Source: a virus
Virus record (IMG/VR): IMGVR_UViG_3300029471_000005
DNA: 45,368 nt
Direction: 5' to 3' (one strand)
The notes below the pieces were generated by a model. That model was not told where the DNA came from, ran no database searches, and saw only the letters and a program-made list of their open reading frames with translations. This document shows, in pieces, positions 1 to 7,598 of the stretch. A program made the translations under genes and the position numbers. Within the stretch, counting starts at the first letter, position 1. Each line of letters begins with the position of its first letter.

Positions 1-99
1 GAACGTCACAATTCTACAGCCATGAGCAGGAACGATTAATTACAGTAACGATCATATCAACACCAGTGTTTAGACCAACAAAACGTGGTGAATGGAAAG
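1..99. repeat. End overlap copy 1, identical to 45270-45368
   Basis: Direct comparison of both ends; all 99 nt identical. Confidence 0.95.
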
Positions 100-185
100 A
101 TTGTGATTATGAAATATTACGAACTGCATCCCAGTATGATGCGGTCATGTGCTTAAAAGAAATATGGGAGGCGGTCAGAAAATGA
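1..185 (+). CDS. 3' part of a junction-spanning hypothetical protein (85 aa in total, starts at 45197)
   Basis: The frame from ATG 45197 runs through the overlap to TGA 183-185, directly upstream of the terminase gene. Confidence 0.6.
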   Translation, partial: TSQFYSHEQERLITVTIISTPVFRPTKRGEWKDCDYEILRTASQYDAVMCLKEIWEAVRK

Positions 186-205
186 GGATAGACAGAGGTG
201 ATTAG

Positions 206-1837
206 ATGGACTTAACGCCTAAACAGAAAGCGTTTGCAGATGAATATATAAAAAATGGCGGGAATGCATCTGATGCCGCAAGGAAAGCTGGATATAAAAA
301 TTATGAAGTGGAAGGCTATAGATCGATAAGAAATGATAAGGTTTTATCTTATATAGCCGAAAAGCAGGCTAAAATCGAGAAACAAAAATGTACCGATATC
401 ATGTCTCTGGCAGAAATTCAGCAACGTCGTTCCATGATCGCAAGAGGTGAGCTGACTGATTCATTCGGATTTGCTCCGGACTTCTCCGATCAGCTGAAAT
501 CTATGAATGATCTGGAAAAAACGCTTGCTATAAAAGAAGCCAGAGAAGAGCAGCGGAAAGCAGAAGAAAAAGCCAGATTACAAAGTGAATATCATATTGA
601 TCTGGATATTGTCCCGGACATATTTCATAAAATGATTAGAGATATCCGGAAAAAGAAACATAGCGAGTATATTCTCCCTGGTGGACGTGGCTCCATGAAG
701 TCCTCAACTATATCTCTGATCATATCGGAACTGCTGAAGAATAATCCGAACATGCACGCTCTGATTCTGCGAAAAGTCGGAAACACTATCAAAGATTCTG
801 TTTACGCTCAGATGAAATGGGCTATTGATAAATTGGATCTAAATGAGGAATTTATATGCAAGGTGTCTCCTATGGAGATTACGTATAAGCCTACTGGACA
901 GAAGATTTACTTTCGTGGTGCTGACGATCCATTAAAGATTAAGTCCATCAAGCCGGAGTTTGGTTATATCGGAATCGTCTGGTTCGAGGAGCTTGACCAG
1001 TTCGCGGGTCCGGAAGAGATACGAAATATTCAACAGTCTGCAATTCGTGGCGGTAATGAAGCGTATAAGTTTAAATCATTCAACCCGCCGAGGAGTAAGA
1101 ATAACTGGGCAAACGAATATACGGCAGAAGCAGAAGAAAAAGATGATAGCGCGCTGGTTGTGCATAGCACATATCTTGATCTTGACATTGAACAGGAATG
1201 GCTCGGAGATATATTCCTTGCAGATGCTGAACATCTAAAAGAAGTAAATCCAGACGCTTATGACAACGAGTATTTAGGGCACGCCAACGGAAATGGTGGA
1301 AATATCTTTGAATATATCGAAGAAAGAACTATCACGGACGAAGAAATTAGTCACTTTGATAGAATCTATCAGGGTGTTGACTGGGGATGGTTCCCAGATC
1401 CTTATGCATTTGCGCGGCTCTATTATGACCATGCAAGAGAGACAATTTATTTTCTTGATGAAATTGGCGAAAACAAAAAGTCAAATGACTGGACTGCTGC
1501 CGAAATCAAGAAGCGTGGTTATGATGACTATGTGATCACTTGTGACAGTGCTGAGAATAAATCTGTAAATGATTACAGGGACGCAGGACTTCCAGCAAGA
1601 GGAGCAATCAAGGGACCTGGCAGCGTTGAATACTCAATGAAGTGGTTGCAAAAAAGAAAATTAGTGTTTGACCCTGCTAGAACACCAAAAGCCTTAAAAG
1701 AGTTCAAGAAGTACGAATACGAGAGAGACAAGGACGGAAACATTATAAGCGGTTATCCCGACAAAGATAATCACTTTATAGATGCGACCAGATATGCCAC
1801 AGAGTCAATGTGGACCAGAAGGGGGAACAGTGCATAA
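206..1837 (+). CDS. terL: Terminase: small-subunit-like HTH domain fused to a PBSX/XtmB-type large subunit
   Basis: N-terminus LTPKQKAFADEYIKNGGNASDAARKAGY resembles Terminase_2/P27 small subunits; Walker A GGRGSMKSS; 543 aa with no internal stop. Confidence 0.85.
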   Translation: MDLTPKQKAFADEYIKNGGNASDAARKAGYKNYEVEGYRSIRNDKVLSYIAEKQAKIEKQKCTDIMSLAEIQQRRSMIARGELTDSFGFAPDFSDQLKSMNDLEKTLAIKEAREEQRKAEEKARLQSEYHIDLDIVPDIFHKMIRDIRKKKHSEYILPGGRGSMKSSTISLIISELLKNNPNMHALILRKVGNTIKDSVYAQMKWAIDKLDLNEEFICKVSPMEITYKPTGQKIYFRGADDPLKIKSIKPEFGYIGIVWFEELDQFAGPEEIRNIQQSAIRGGNEAYKFKSFNPPRSKNNWANEYTAEAEEKDDSALVVHSTYLDLDIEQEWLGDIFLADAEHLKEVNPDAYDNEYLGHANGNGGNIFEYIEERTITDEEISHFDRIYQGVDWGWFPDPYAFARLYYDHARETIYFLDEIGENKKSNDWTAAEIKKRGYDDYVITCDSAENKSVNDYRDAGLPARGAIKGPGSVEYSMKWLQKRKLVFDPARTPKALKEFKKYEYERDKDGNIISGYPDKDNHFIDATRYATESMWTRRGNSA

Positions 1838-2166
1838 TGAGTAAAATAGGAATAGAACTACCGAAAGAGTATTCGGACAGATTTGACAAATTACGACAGA
1901 ATCGAGTAGAAGTCAGCTTTTATAAATATGGCACAGCAGCAGACAACTTTGGAATGAAATTAGTAGATGCACTTGAATCACATGATATGTGCATTAAAAA
2001 ATATAAAGAAACTGGAAACACAGAATATCTTTGCGATGCAGCAAATTATCTCATGTTTGAATTTATGTATCCACAGATTCCGAATGCATTTTTCAAAGCA
2101 ACAGATAGCGGAGAGAGTGCCGGAGTTGCCGGAACACCAATAAATCAGCTAAAAGAAAAATGGTGA
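1837..2166 (+). CDS. Hypothetical protein (109 aa)
   Basis: ATG overlaps the terminase stop (TAATG); GGGGGAA RBS at 1821-1827; same strand as the operon. Confidence 0.6.
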   Translation: MSKIGIELPKEYSDRFDKLRQNRVEVSFYKYGTAADNFGMKLVDALESHDMCIKKYKETGNTEYLCDAANYLMFEFMYPQIPNAFFKATDSGESAGVAGTPINQLKEKW

Positions 2167-2170
2167 TTAA

Positions 2171-3619
2171 ATGGGACTTATAACAACGCTAAAAAGGTGG
2201 TTTAACATGATATTCAAAAAGCAAGCCGAAGAGGACTTTAATATTCAGGCGGCAGAATTTCCAGAAATGGAATCACTGATTAACCGGTGCGCGAACATTT
2301 ACAGGGGAGTACCGGAATGGCTAGATGATAAGAATAACATCAAGACGATTAATTTTGCGAAATCCGTCTGCTCAGAAACAGCTCGGCTCGCAACACTGGC
2401 GATTGGCATTCAGATAGATGGCTCTGAAAGGGCGGCATGGTTGCAGGAACAGATTGACAAAGTGTATTTCCAAATTCGCCACTGGGTAGAATACGGCTGT
2501 GCTTACGGAACAGTATTTATCAAGCCGAACGGTGAGAGCCTTGATGTATTTACTCCGGCAGATGTGATGATTGTGGATTACGATAATCAGGAAATCAAAG
2601 GGATTATATTTAAGGATTCTTATACTGTTGGTAGAAAATACTACACAAGACTCGAGTATCACAGGTTTGTCGAGACAACAGTGGACGGAGTGACAACCTA
2701 TCCGTATTATGTTTCAAACAGGGCTTATGTATCAAAATCCCCTCAGTCAATCGGTGATAAGATTGACCTCAAACAAACCAAATGGGCTGACCTTATGGCA
2801 GACACTCCACCGATACTCAAGGCAAACGGTGAGAAGCTGGATGGACCTTTGTATGGAGTGCTGCGGACACCACAGGCGAATAACGTGGATATCAGTACAC
2901 CACTTGGACTTCCGATATTTGCAGAAGCTATTGAGGAGTTGAAAGACCTCGACATTGCATACAGCCGAAACGCCGGAGAGATTTTTGATTCGCAGAAGAT
3001 TGTTCTGGCAGATGATAGGCTGCTGATGCCAAGCGGTACACCTGTAGCAGCCATGTCGCCACAGGGTATGGAGAACAGACGTAATGAGATGAACTTACCG
3101 CACTTTGTCAAGAATGTATTCGGACAGGACGAGAAAGAATTTTATCAAGAAATCAATCCGATTCTCAACACAGATACCCGTATAAGCGGAATAAATGCCA
3201 TTTTAAGCCAGTTAGGATATAAGATTGGATTCTCCAACGGGTACTTTGTTTTCAACGAATCTAGCGGCATTCAGACGGCTACAGGAGTAGAAGCGGAACA
3301 GCAGAGGACAGTGCAGTTTATCAAGGATGTAAGGGATAAGTTGGAGTCTTGCCTAGACGAAGTTATTTACGCATTGAACGTTTACGCTGACCTGTACGGA
3401 CTTGCACCTGTCGGAGCTTATGAAGTCAATTATGATTTCGGAGACATTCTGTATGTGCGTGAAAACGACCGTGCAAGATGGTGGCAGTATGTGACTACTG
3501 GCAAGGTTCCGGCATGGATGTATTTCGTAAAGTTTGAAGGAATGACGAAAGACGAGGCGGTATCAATGACAAGAGAAGCAGAAAAAACACAAGCAAAAGG
3601 ATTATTTGATGATGAATAA
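2171..3619 (+). CDS. Portal protein (SPP1 Gp6-like)
   Basis: 482 aa immediately after the terminase; size and position fit; N-terminal IYRGVPEWL-type motif. Confidence 0.8.
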   Translation: MGLITTLKRWFNMIFKKQAEEDFNIQAAEFPEMESLINRCANIYRGVPEWLDDKNNIKTINFAKSVCSETARLATLAIGIQIDGSERAAWLQEQIDKVYFQIRHWVEYGCAYGTVFIKPNGESLDVFTPADVMIVDYDNQEIKGIIFKDSYTVGRKYYTRLEYHRFVETTVDGVTTYPYYVSNRAYVSKSPQSIGDKIDLKQTKWADLMADTPPILKANGEKLDGPLYGVLRTPQANNVDISTPLGLPIFAEAIEELKDLDIAYSRNAGEIFDSQKIVLADDRLLMPSGTPVAAMSPQGMENRRNEMNLPHFVKNVFGQDEKEFYQEINPILNTDTRISGINAILSQLGYKIGFSNGYFVFNESSGIQTATGVEAEQQRTVQFIKDVRDKLESCLDEVIYALNVYADLYGLAPVGAYEVNYDFGDILYVRENDRARWWQYVTTGKVPAWMYFVKFEGMTKDEAVSMTREAEKTQAKGLFDDE

Positions 3620-3631
3620 AAAAAGAGGGAT

Positions 3632-3778
3632 TTATTTTCCCTCTGAATTAGATTTTAAATAATCGGATATTAATTTTTCAAGAATAGATGCTACGGAACA
3701 CTTTTCTTTAATTGCAAGAATTTTAATTTGTTCCAATAAATTTTCATCTATGGTAGTCGTAAATTTAATTTTACTCAT
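3632..3778 (-). CDS. Ribbon-helix-helix (CopG/Arc-like) DNA-binding protein, 48 aa
   Basis: AGGAGG lies 7 nt upstream of the internal ATG at 3778; MSKIKFTTTIDENLLEQIKILAIKE fits a strand-helix pattern; only minus-strand gene in the structural block. Confidence 0.55.
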   Translation of the reverse strand: MSKIKFTTTIDENLLEQIKILAIKEKCSVASILEKLISDYLKSNSEGK

Positions 3779-3886
3779 TATGGCACCTCCTTTAATATGA
3801 ATATACCATAAATACGTATAGACGTAAAGAATAAATAATGTTACAATATACGTAAATAAGTATATACGTATAAAGGAGAACATGAT
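3779..3886. promoter_or_regulatory. Divergent promoter/operator region with TACGTA palindromes
   Basis: TACGTA at 3813, 3849 and 3865, plus ACGTA at 3822; TGtTACAAT at 3839-3847 on the plus strand; TTTACG-17-TATATT on the minus strand. Confidence 0.5.
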
Positions 3887-4582
3887 ATGAAAAATCAGAT
3901 AAGATTACATCTTGAGGGCGAGAGATATGGAAAGCTTGTGGTTACGGAAGAAGCCGAACCAATTTATAGTAAAACAGGTAAAATGATTCGGAGGTGGAAA
4001 TGTAAATGCGATTGTGGAAATATTACAATCGTTAGGCATGGAGATTTAAGAAATGGAAGTACTGTAAGCTGTGGATGCTATAATTATGAAAAAGAATCAG
4101 TTGTAAAAACACATGGGTATTCTCGCACAAAGCTTGGAAGAGTTTTTGATGGAATGAAACAGAGATGCAACAACCCGAACAATAAGAATTATGAAAAGTA
4201 CGGAGGAAGAGGGATAAGAATCTGTACGGAATGGTTAAATGATCCGAAAAAATTCTTTGACTGGGCTATAAAAAATGGATATAAAGAGGGATTGTCTATC
4301 GACAGAATAAATGTAAACGGGAATTATGAGCCAGATAATTGCCGTTGGACTGATAGCGAAACTCAGTGCTTGAATCAGAGGATAAGAAAAGACAATAAAA
4401 CAGGATACAAGGGAATTTATTATAGCAAGGGAGTGTATAGAGTGCAAATTAGAAGAAACAAGAAGAGATATTATTTTGGATCGTATAAAACATTACCTGA
4501 AGCAGTAAAAGCATTAGAAGAAGCGAAAGCAATGGTCAAAGAAGCTCAGCCAGACGAGCCAAAATTGTTTGGAGATGAATAG
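3887..4582 (+). CDS. HNH_3-like / AP2 DNA-binding domain protein (homing-endonuclease-like)
   Basis: WKCKCDCG...SCGC cysteine cluster; SIDRINVNGNYEPDNCRW (HNH_3-like, with Arg where His is usual); C-terminal YKGIYY...YRVQI...YYFGSY AP2-like motif. Confidence 0.55.
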   Translation: MKNQIRLHLEGERYGKLVVTEEAEPIYSKTGKMIRRWKCKCDCGNITIVRHGDLRNGSTVSCGCYNYEKESVVKTHGYSRTKLGRVFDGMKQRCNNPNNKNYEKYGGRGIRICTEWLNDPKKFFDWAIKNGYKEGLSIDRINVNGNYEPDNCRWTDSETQCLNQRIRKDNKTGYKGIYYSKGVYRVQIRRNKKRYYFGSYKTLPEAVKALEEAKAMVKEAQPDEPKLFGDE

Positions 4583-4584
4583 TT

Positions 4585-5814
4585 ATGTTAAGCCCAGAAT
4601 ATTTACGCCGGATAACAGAGGGCAGTGAACAGATAGCAGAAGAACTGCATCAGTACATCATCTCTGAGATTGTGTCGAGAATGATGGCAAGAATCGGCAG
4701 AGATGATGATTATATTCTGACCAATGCCGATGCGTGGAGAATCAGAACGCTACAGGAATCTGGTGAACTGTTAGAAGACATTCTGGCAGAATTATCCAAA
4801 TACACCAAACGCGAACAGCAGGAACTTCTTGAAGCGTTTGAAGATGCCGGAATCACTGCAATGAACTATGATGACAAGGTATACAAGGCGGCAGGATTAA
4901 GCCCTGTACCGCTCGAACAGTCGCCAGCTATGATAAGACTCATGGAGCGAAATATGCTTGCGACTATGGGAGAGTGGAAGAACTTCACAAGGACAACCGC
5001 AAGTGCCGCTCAGAGGCTTTATATTGAGCAATGCGACCTTGCATATAATCATGTAATTACTGGGACGGTTGGATATACGCAAGCCATCAAAGAGGTGGTT
5101 AATAACGTTGTGAGTGATGGTGTTACTGTCACATATCCATCTGGCAGAAAAGACACGATTGAAACAGCAGTAGCACGTTCTGTCAGGACCGGCGTGGCTC
5201 AGGCTACGGGAGATATATCTCTAAAACGCATGGAAGAAATGAACTGGGATTTAGTTCTGGTCAGTGCTCACATGGGAGCCAGAACAGGTGACGGCGGTGA
5301 GAATCCCGGAAACCACTCATGGTGGCAAGGCAAGATATACTCTCGTTCTGGCAAGAGCAAGAAATTTCCACCGTTCTCATTGACCGGATATGGAACGGCG
5401 AGTGGATTGTCAGGGGTCAACTGTCGGCATAGTTTTGGAGCCAGTGATGGAGAATTTAATCCCTATACAGAACTATCAGCGCAGGACAAAGCCAACAAAG
5501 GTAAACAGTACGAAAAAGAACAGCGACAGCGCACTTATGAGCGAAGAATCCGAAAAACAAAGCGTGAAGTCCTTGGAATGCAAGCGGCGGTTGATAACTG
5601 CAAAGACGAACAGGCAAAATTCGCATTACAGCAAGACCTTGACCGGAAGTCTTATCTTTTGCAGAAACAAAATGCTGCATACAAAGATTACTGCAAAGAC
5701 AATGATCTAAGAGAGCTGCAAGACCGACTCATGATTGCTAAATGGAACCGCCAGAATGCTGCAAAATCCAGAGGAGCGGCAAAGAGATATAAAACAGCAA
5801 AGGGGATTGACTGA
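4585..5814 (+). CDS. Head morphogenesis protein (Mu F / SPP1 gp7 family)
   Basis: 409 aa in the head module downstream of the portal; GVNCRHSF-type motif; basic coiled-coil C-terminus. Confidence 0.7.
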   Translation: MLSPEYLRRITEGSEQIAEELHQYIISEIVSRMMARIGRDDDYILTNADAWRIRTLQESGELLEDILAELSKYTKREQQELLEAFEDAGITAMNYDDKVYKAAGLSPVPLEQSPAMIRLMERNMLATMGEWKNFTRTTASAAQRLYIEQCDLAYNHVITGTVGYTQAIKEVVNNVVSDGVTVTYPSGRKDTIETAVARSVRTGVAQATGDISLKRMEEMNWDLVLVSAHMGARTGDGGENPGNHSWWQGKIYSRSGKSKKFPPFSLTGYGTASGLSGVNCRHSFGASDGEFNPYTELSAQDKANKGKQYEKEQRQRTYERRIRKTKREVLGMQAAVDNCKDEQAKFALQQDLDRKSYLLQKQNAAYKDYCKDNDLRELQDRLMIAKWNRQNAAKSRGAAKRYKTAKGID

Positions 5815-6197
5815 TGGACAGATGGGAATATTTCAATCCTAATCCTGTTAAGGACAAGAGAACGGGAGATTGCGTTGTCCGGGCAATATGTAAAGCAACC
5901 GGCTTTGATTGGGAAACGGTATTCGCCGGATTAATGATACAGGCATGCACTCTGTCAGATATGCCAAGCGCAAATTATGTCTGGGGAGCGTATCTTTATA
6001 AGCATGGATACAGACGTAAGCTGATAGAACAGTCAGAACGATATATCTATACAGTCAACGACTTTTGTACAGACCATCCGACAGGTACATACATTTTATG
6101 CATAGATGGCCATGTAGTGACGGTACAGAATGGCAAATATTACGATACATGGGATAGTGGTAATGAGGTCCCGGTATATTACTGGGAAAAGGAGTAG
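5814..6197 (+). CDS. Hypothetical protein, possible papain-like Cys/His peptidase fold
   Basis: GDCVVRAI near the N-terminus, then IDGHVVTV and YDTWD later; ATG overlaps the Mu F stop (TGATG). Confidence 0.35.
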   Translation: MDRWEYFNPNPVKDKRTGDCVVRAICKATGFDWETVFAGLMIQACTLSDMPSANYVWGAYLYKHGYRRKLIEQSERYIYTVNDFCTDHPTGTYILCIDGHVVTVQNGKYYDTWDSGNEVPVYYWEKE

Positions 6198-6201
6198 CTA
6201 A

Positions 6202-6507
6202 ATGAACATATCAGAATTTGTACAGATTTTCCTCTCTATCTGCGGAGGGGTGTCCATTGTCGGAGGGGCGGCAGCCGTAATCTTTAAATGGATTACCCCG
6301 GCATTCCGACTTAATAAGCGAGTAGAGACACTGGAAGAACATGATAGACGAGATTATGAAAGTCTTCGGAGAATCGCAGAACGAGACTCATTAATTCTGG
6401 AAGTATTGTCAACAATGTTGGACAGTCAGATCAGCGGGAATAACGTCGAGGAATTAAAAAAAACAAAACAGAAGCTTACAAATTATCTTGCGCAGAATCA
6501 ACGTTAG
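6202..6507 (+). CDS. Hypothetical N-terminally membrane-anchored coiled-coil protein
   Basis: Hydrophobic stretch IFLSICGGVSIVGGAAAVIF followed by a charged helical region; AAGGAG RBS. Confidence 0.6.
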   Translation: MNISEFVQIFLSICGGVSIVGGAAAVIFKWITPAFRLNKRVETLEEHDRRDYESLRRIAERDSLILEVLSTMLDSQISGNNVEELKKTKQKLTNYLAQNQR

Positions 6508-6527
6508 CATTAATAAGGGGTATGCTC

Positions 6528-6728
6528 ATGAAATTATATGTGTTCACTAAGAAAGATATAGACAGATTCTTAATAGAGTGTAATTTCACACCGGACGAAG
6601 AAAGATTGTTCCGATTGAGATGCAAGGAATATACGCTCGAATACTGCGCTGAACAGATGAATGTGAGCATATCTACAGCAAAGCGGTTAAGCCGGAGGGT
6701 AAATAATAAAATAACCAAAGTGTGCTGA
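6528..6728 (+). CDS. Small HTH DNA-binding protein (sigma-70 region-4-like)
   Basis: TLEYCAEQMNVSISTAKRLSRRVNNKI looks like an HTH; AAGGGG lies 7 nt before ATG 6528 (the ORF-track start 6522 has poorer spacing). Confidence 0.5.
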   Translation: MKLYVFTKKDIDRFLIECNFTPDEERLFRLRCKEYTLEYCAEQMNVSISTAKRLSRRVNNKITKVC

Positions 6729-6750
6729 TACTTTTTGGATACTAATTAGA

Positions 6751-6782
6751 GCCAGAAACGACCTGTTTCCGGTTCTTTTTTT
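6751..6782 (+). terminator. Rho-independent terminator
   Basis: CCAGAAAC-gacct-GTTTCCGG stem followed by TTCTTTTTTTT. Confidence 0.7.
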
Positions 6783-6805
6783 ATGTAAAAATATAGCTAT
6801 AGAAA

Positions 6806-6850
6806 GTCATAGAATAAGTCATAGAATAAGTCATAGAATAAGTCATAGGA
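6806..6850. repeat. 12-bp tandem repeat GTCATAGAATAA x3, plus a partial 4th copy running into the RBS
   Basis: Copies at 6806, 6818 and 6830, partial at 6842; each contains the -10-like hexamer TAGAAT; the last copy merges into AGGAGG at 6847-6852. Confidence 0.9.
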
Positions 6851-6860
6851 GGTGTACGAG

Positions 6861-7331
6861 ATGGCATTATATAACAATCCTTATCAATATAGTTTTGGCG
6901 TTCCGGGGCAAATGAATCAGTTCCAGCAACAGCCTGTCCAGATGCCAGCTCAACCAGTACAGCAACCACAACAGAATAATAGTGGTATCCTGTGGGTATC
7001 CGGCGAAGTCGGCGCAAAATCCTATCTGGTAGCACCTGGGACAAGCGTTTTACTGATGGATTCAGAGAGTGAAAAGTTCTACATAAAATCCACAGATGTA
7101 TCCGGTATGCCACAGCCACTGCGGACATTTGAATACCACGAGATAGGCTCTCAGATGCCGCCTAAACAGCCTGTTCAGAACATGGACAGTAAATATGTTA
7201 CTCGACAGGAATACGATGATTTGAAAGGCAAATACGAAGCTATTATAAACCGATTAAATTCATTTTCTGAACCTGTTAGGGCTAATACCGTGCAGGAGTC
7301 AGCAATCAAGGGAGGAAACACAGATGAGTAA
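6861..7331 (+). CDS. Hypothetical protein with Q/P-rich N-terminus
   Basis: AGGAGG lies 8 nt before ATG 6861; QQQPVQMPAQPVQQPQQ tract followed by a globular-looking segment ILWVSGEVGAKSYLVAPGTSVLLMD. Confidence 0.65.
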   Translation: MALYNNPYQYSFGVPGQMNQFQQQPVQMPAQPVQQPQQNNSGILWVSGEVGAKSYLVAPGTSVLLMDSESEKFYIKSTDVSGMPQPLRTFEYHEIGSQMPPKQPVQNMDSKYVTRQEYDDLKGKYEAIINRLNSFSEPVRANTVQESAIKGGNTDE

Positions 7332-7545
7332 TCCATTATTTAACGCACTTGGCGGTGGGATGCCGCAGGGAAACGGACCAATGCAGATGATACAGCAGTT
7401 TATGCAGTTTAAGCAGAATTTTAAAGGAGATCCGAAAGCAGAAGTTGAGAAAATGCTACAGTCTGGACGGATTTCCCAACAGCAACTTAATCAGGTTCAG
7501 CAGATGGCAGGGCAGTTTCAGAATCTGTTGAAAGGAATGAAATAG
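7324..7545 (+). CDS. Hypothetical Q-rich small protein (73 aa)
   Basis: GGGAGG RBS; overlaps the upstream gene by 8 nt; same strand. Confidence 0.6.
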   Translation: MSNPLFNALGGGMPQGNGPMQMIQQFMQFKQNFKGDPKAEVEKMLQSGRISQQQLNQVQQMAGQFQNLLKGMK

Positions 7546-7598
7546 TACATTATAATCTGGCCAGATTAATGTAAATACACAAAAAGGAGATTATAACT

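Noticed and set aside
1-99. The 99-bp end repeat as a biological direct terminal repeat or cos region
   Set aside because: An exact 99-nt overlap with a gene reading straight through it is more simply explained as a circular assembly overlap. Sequence alone cannot decide, so it is reported only as evidence of circular closure.
960-1535. Nested alternative-frame ORFs inside the terminase gene (960-1238, 1293-1535)
   Set aside because: They are short and lack an RBS. They lie entirely within a well-supported conserved gene.
6781-7128. 115-aa minus-strand ORF ending in MTYSMTYSMTYS
   Set aside because: The peptide repeat is only the reverse-complement reading of the 12-bp tandem repeat. The ORF overlaps the better-supported plus-strand gene and has no RBS.
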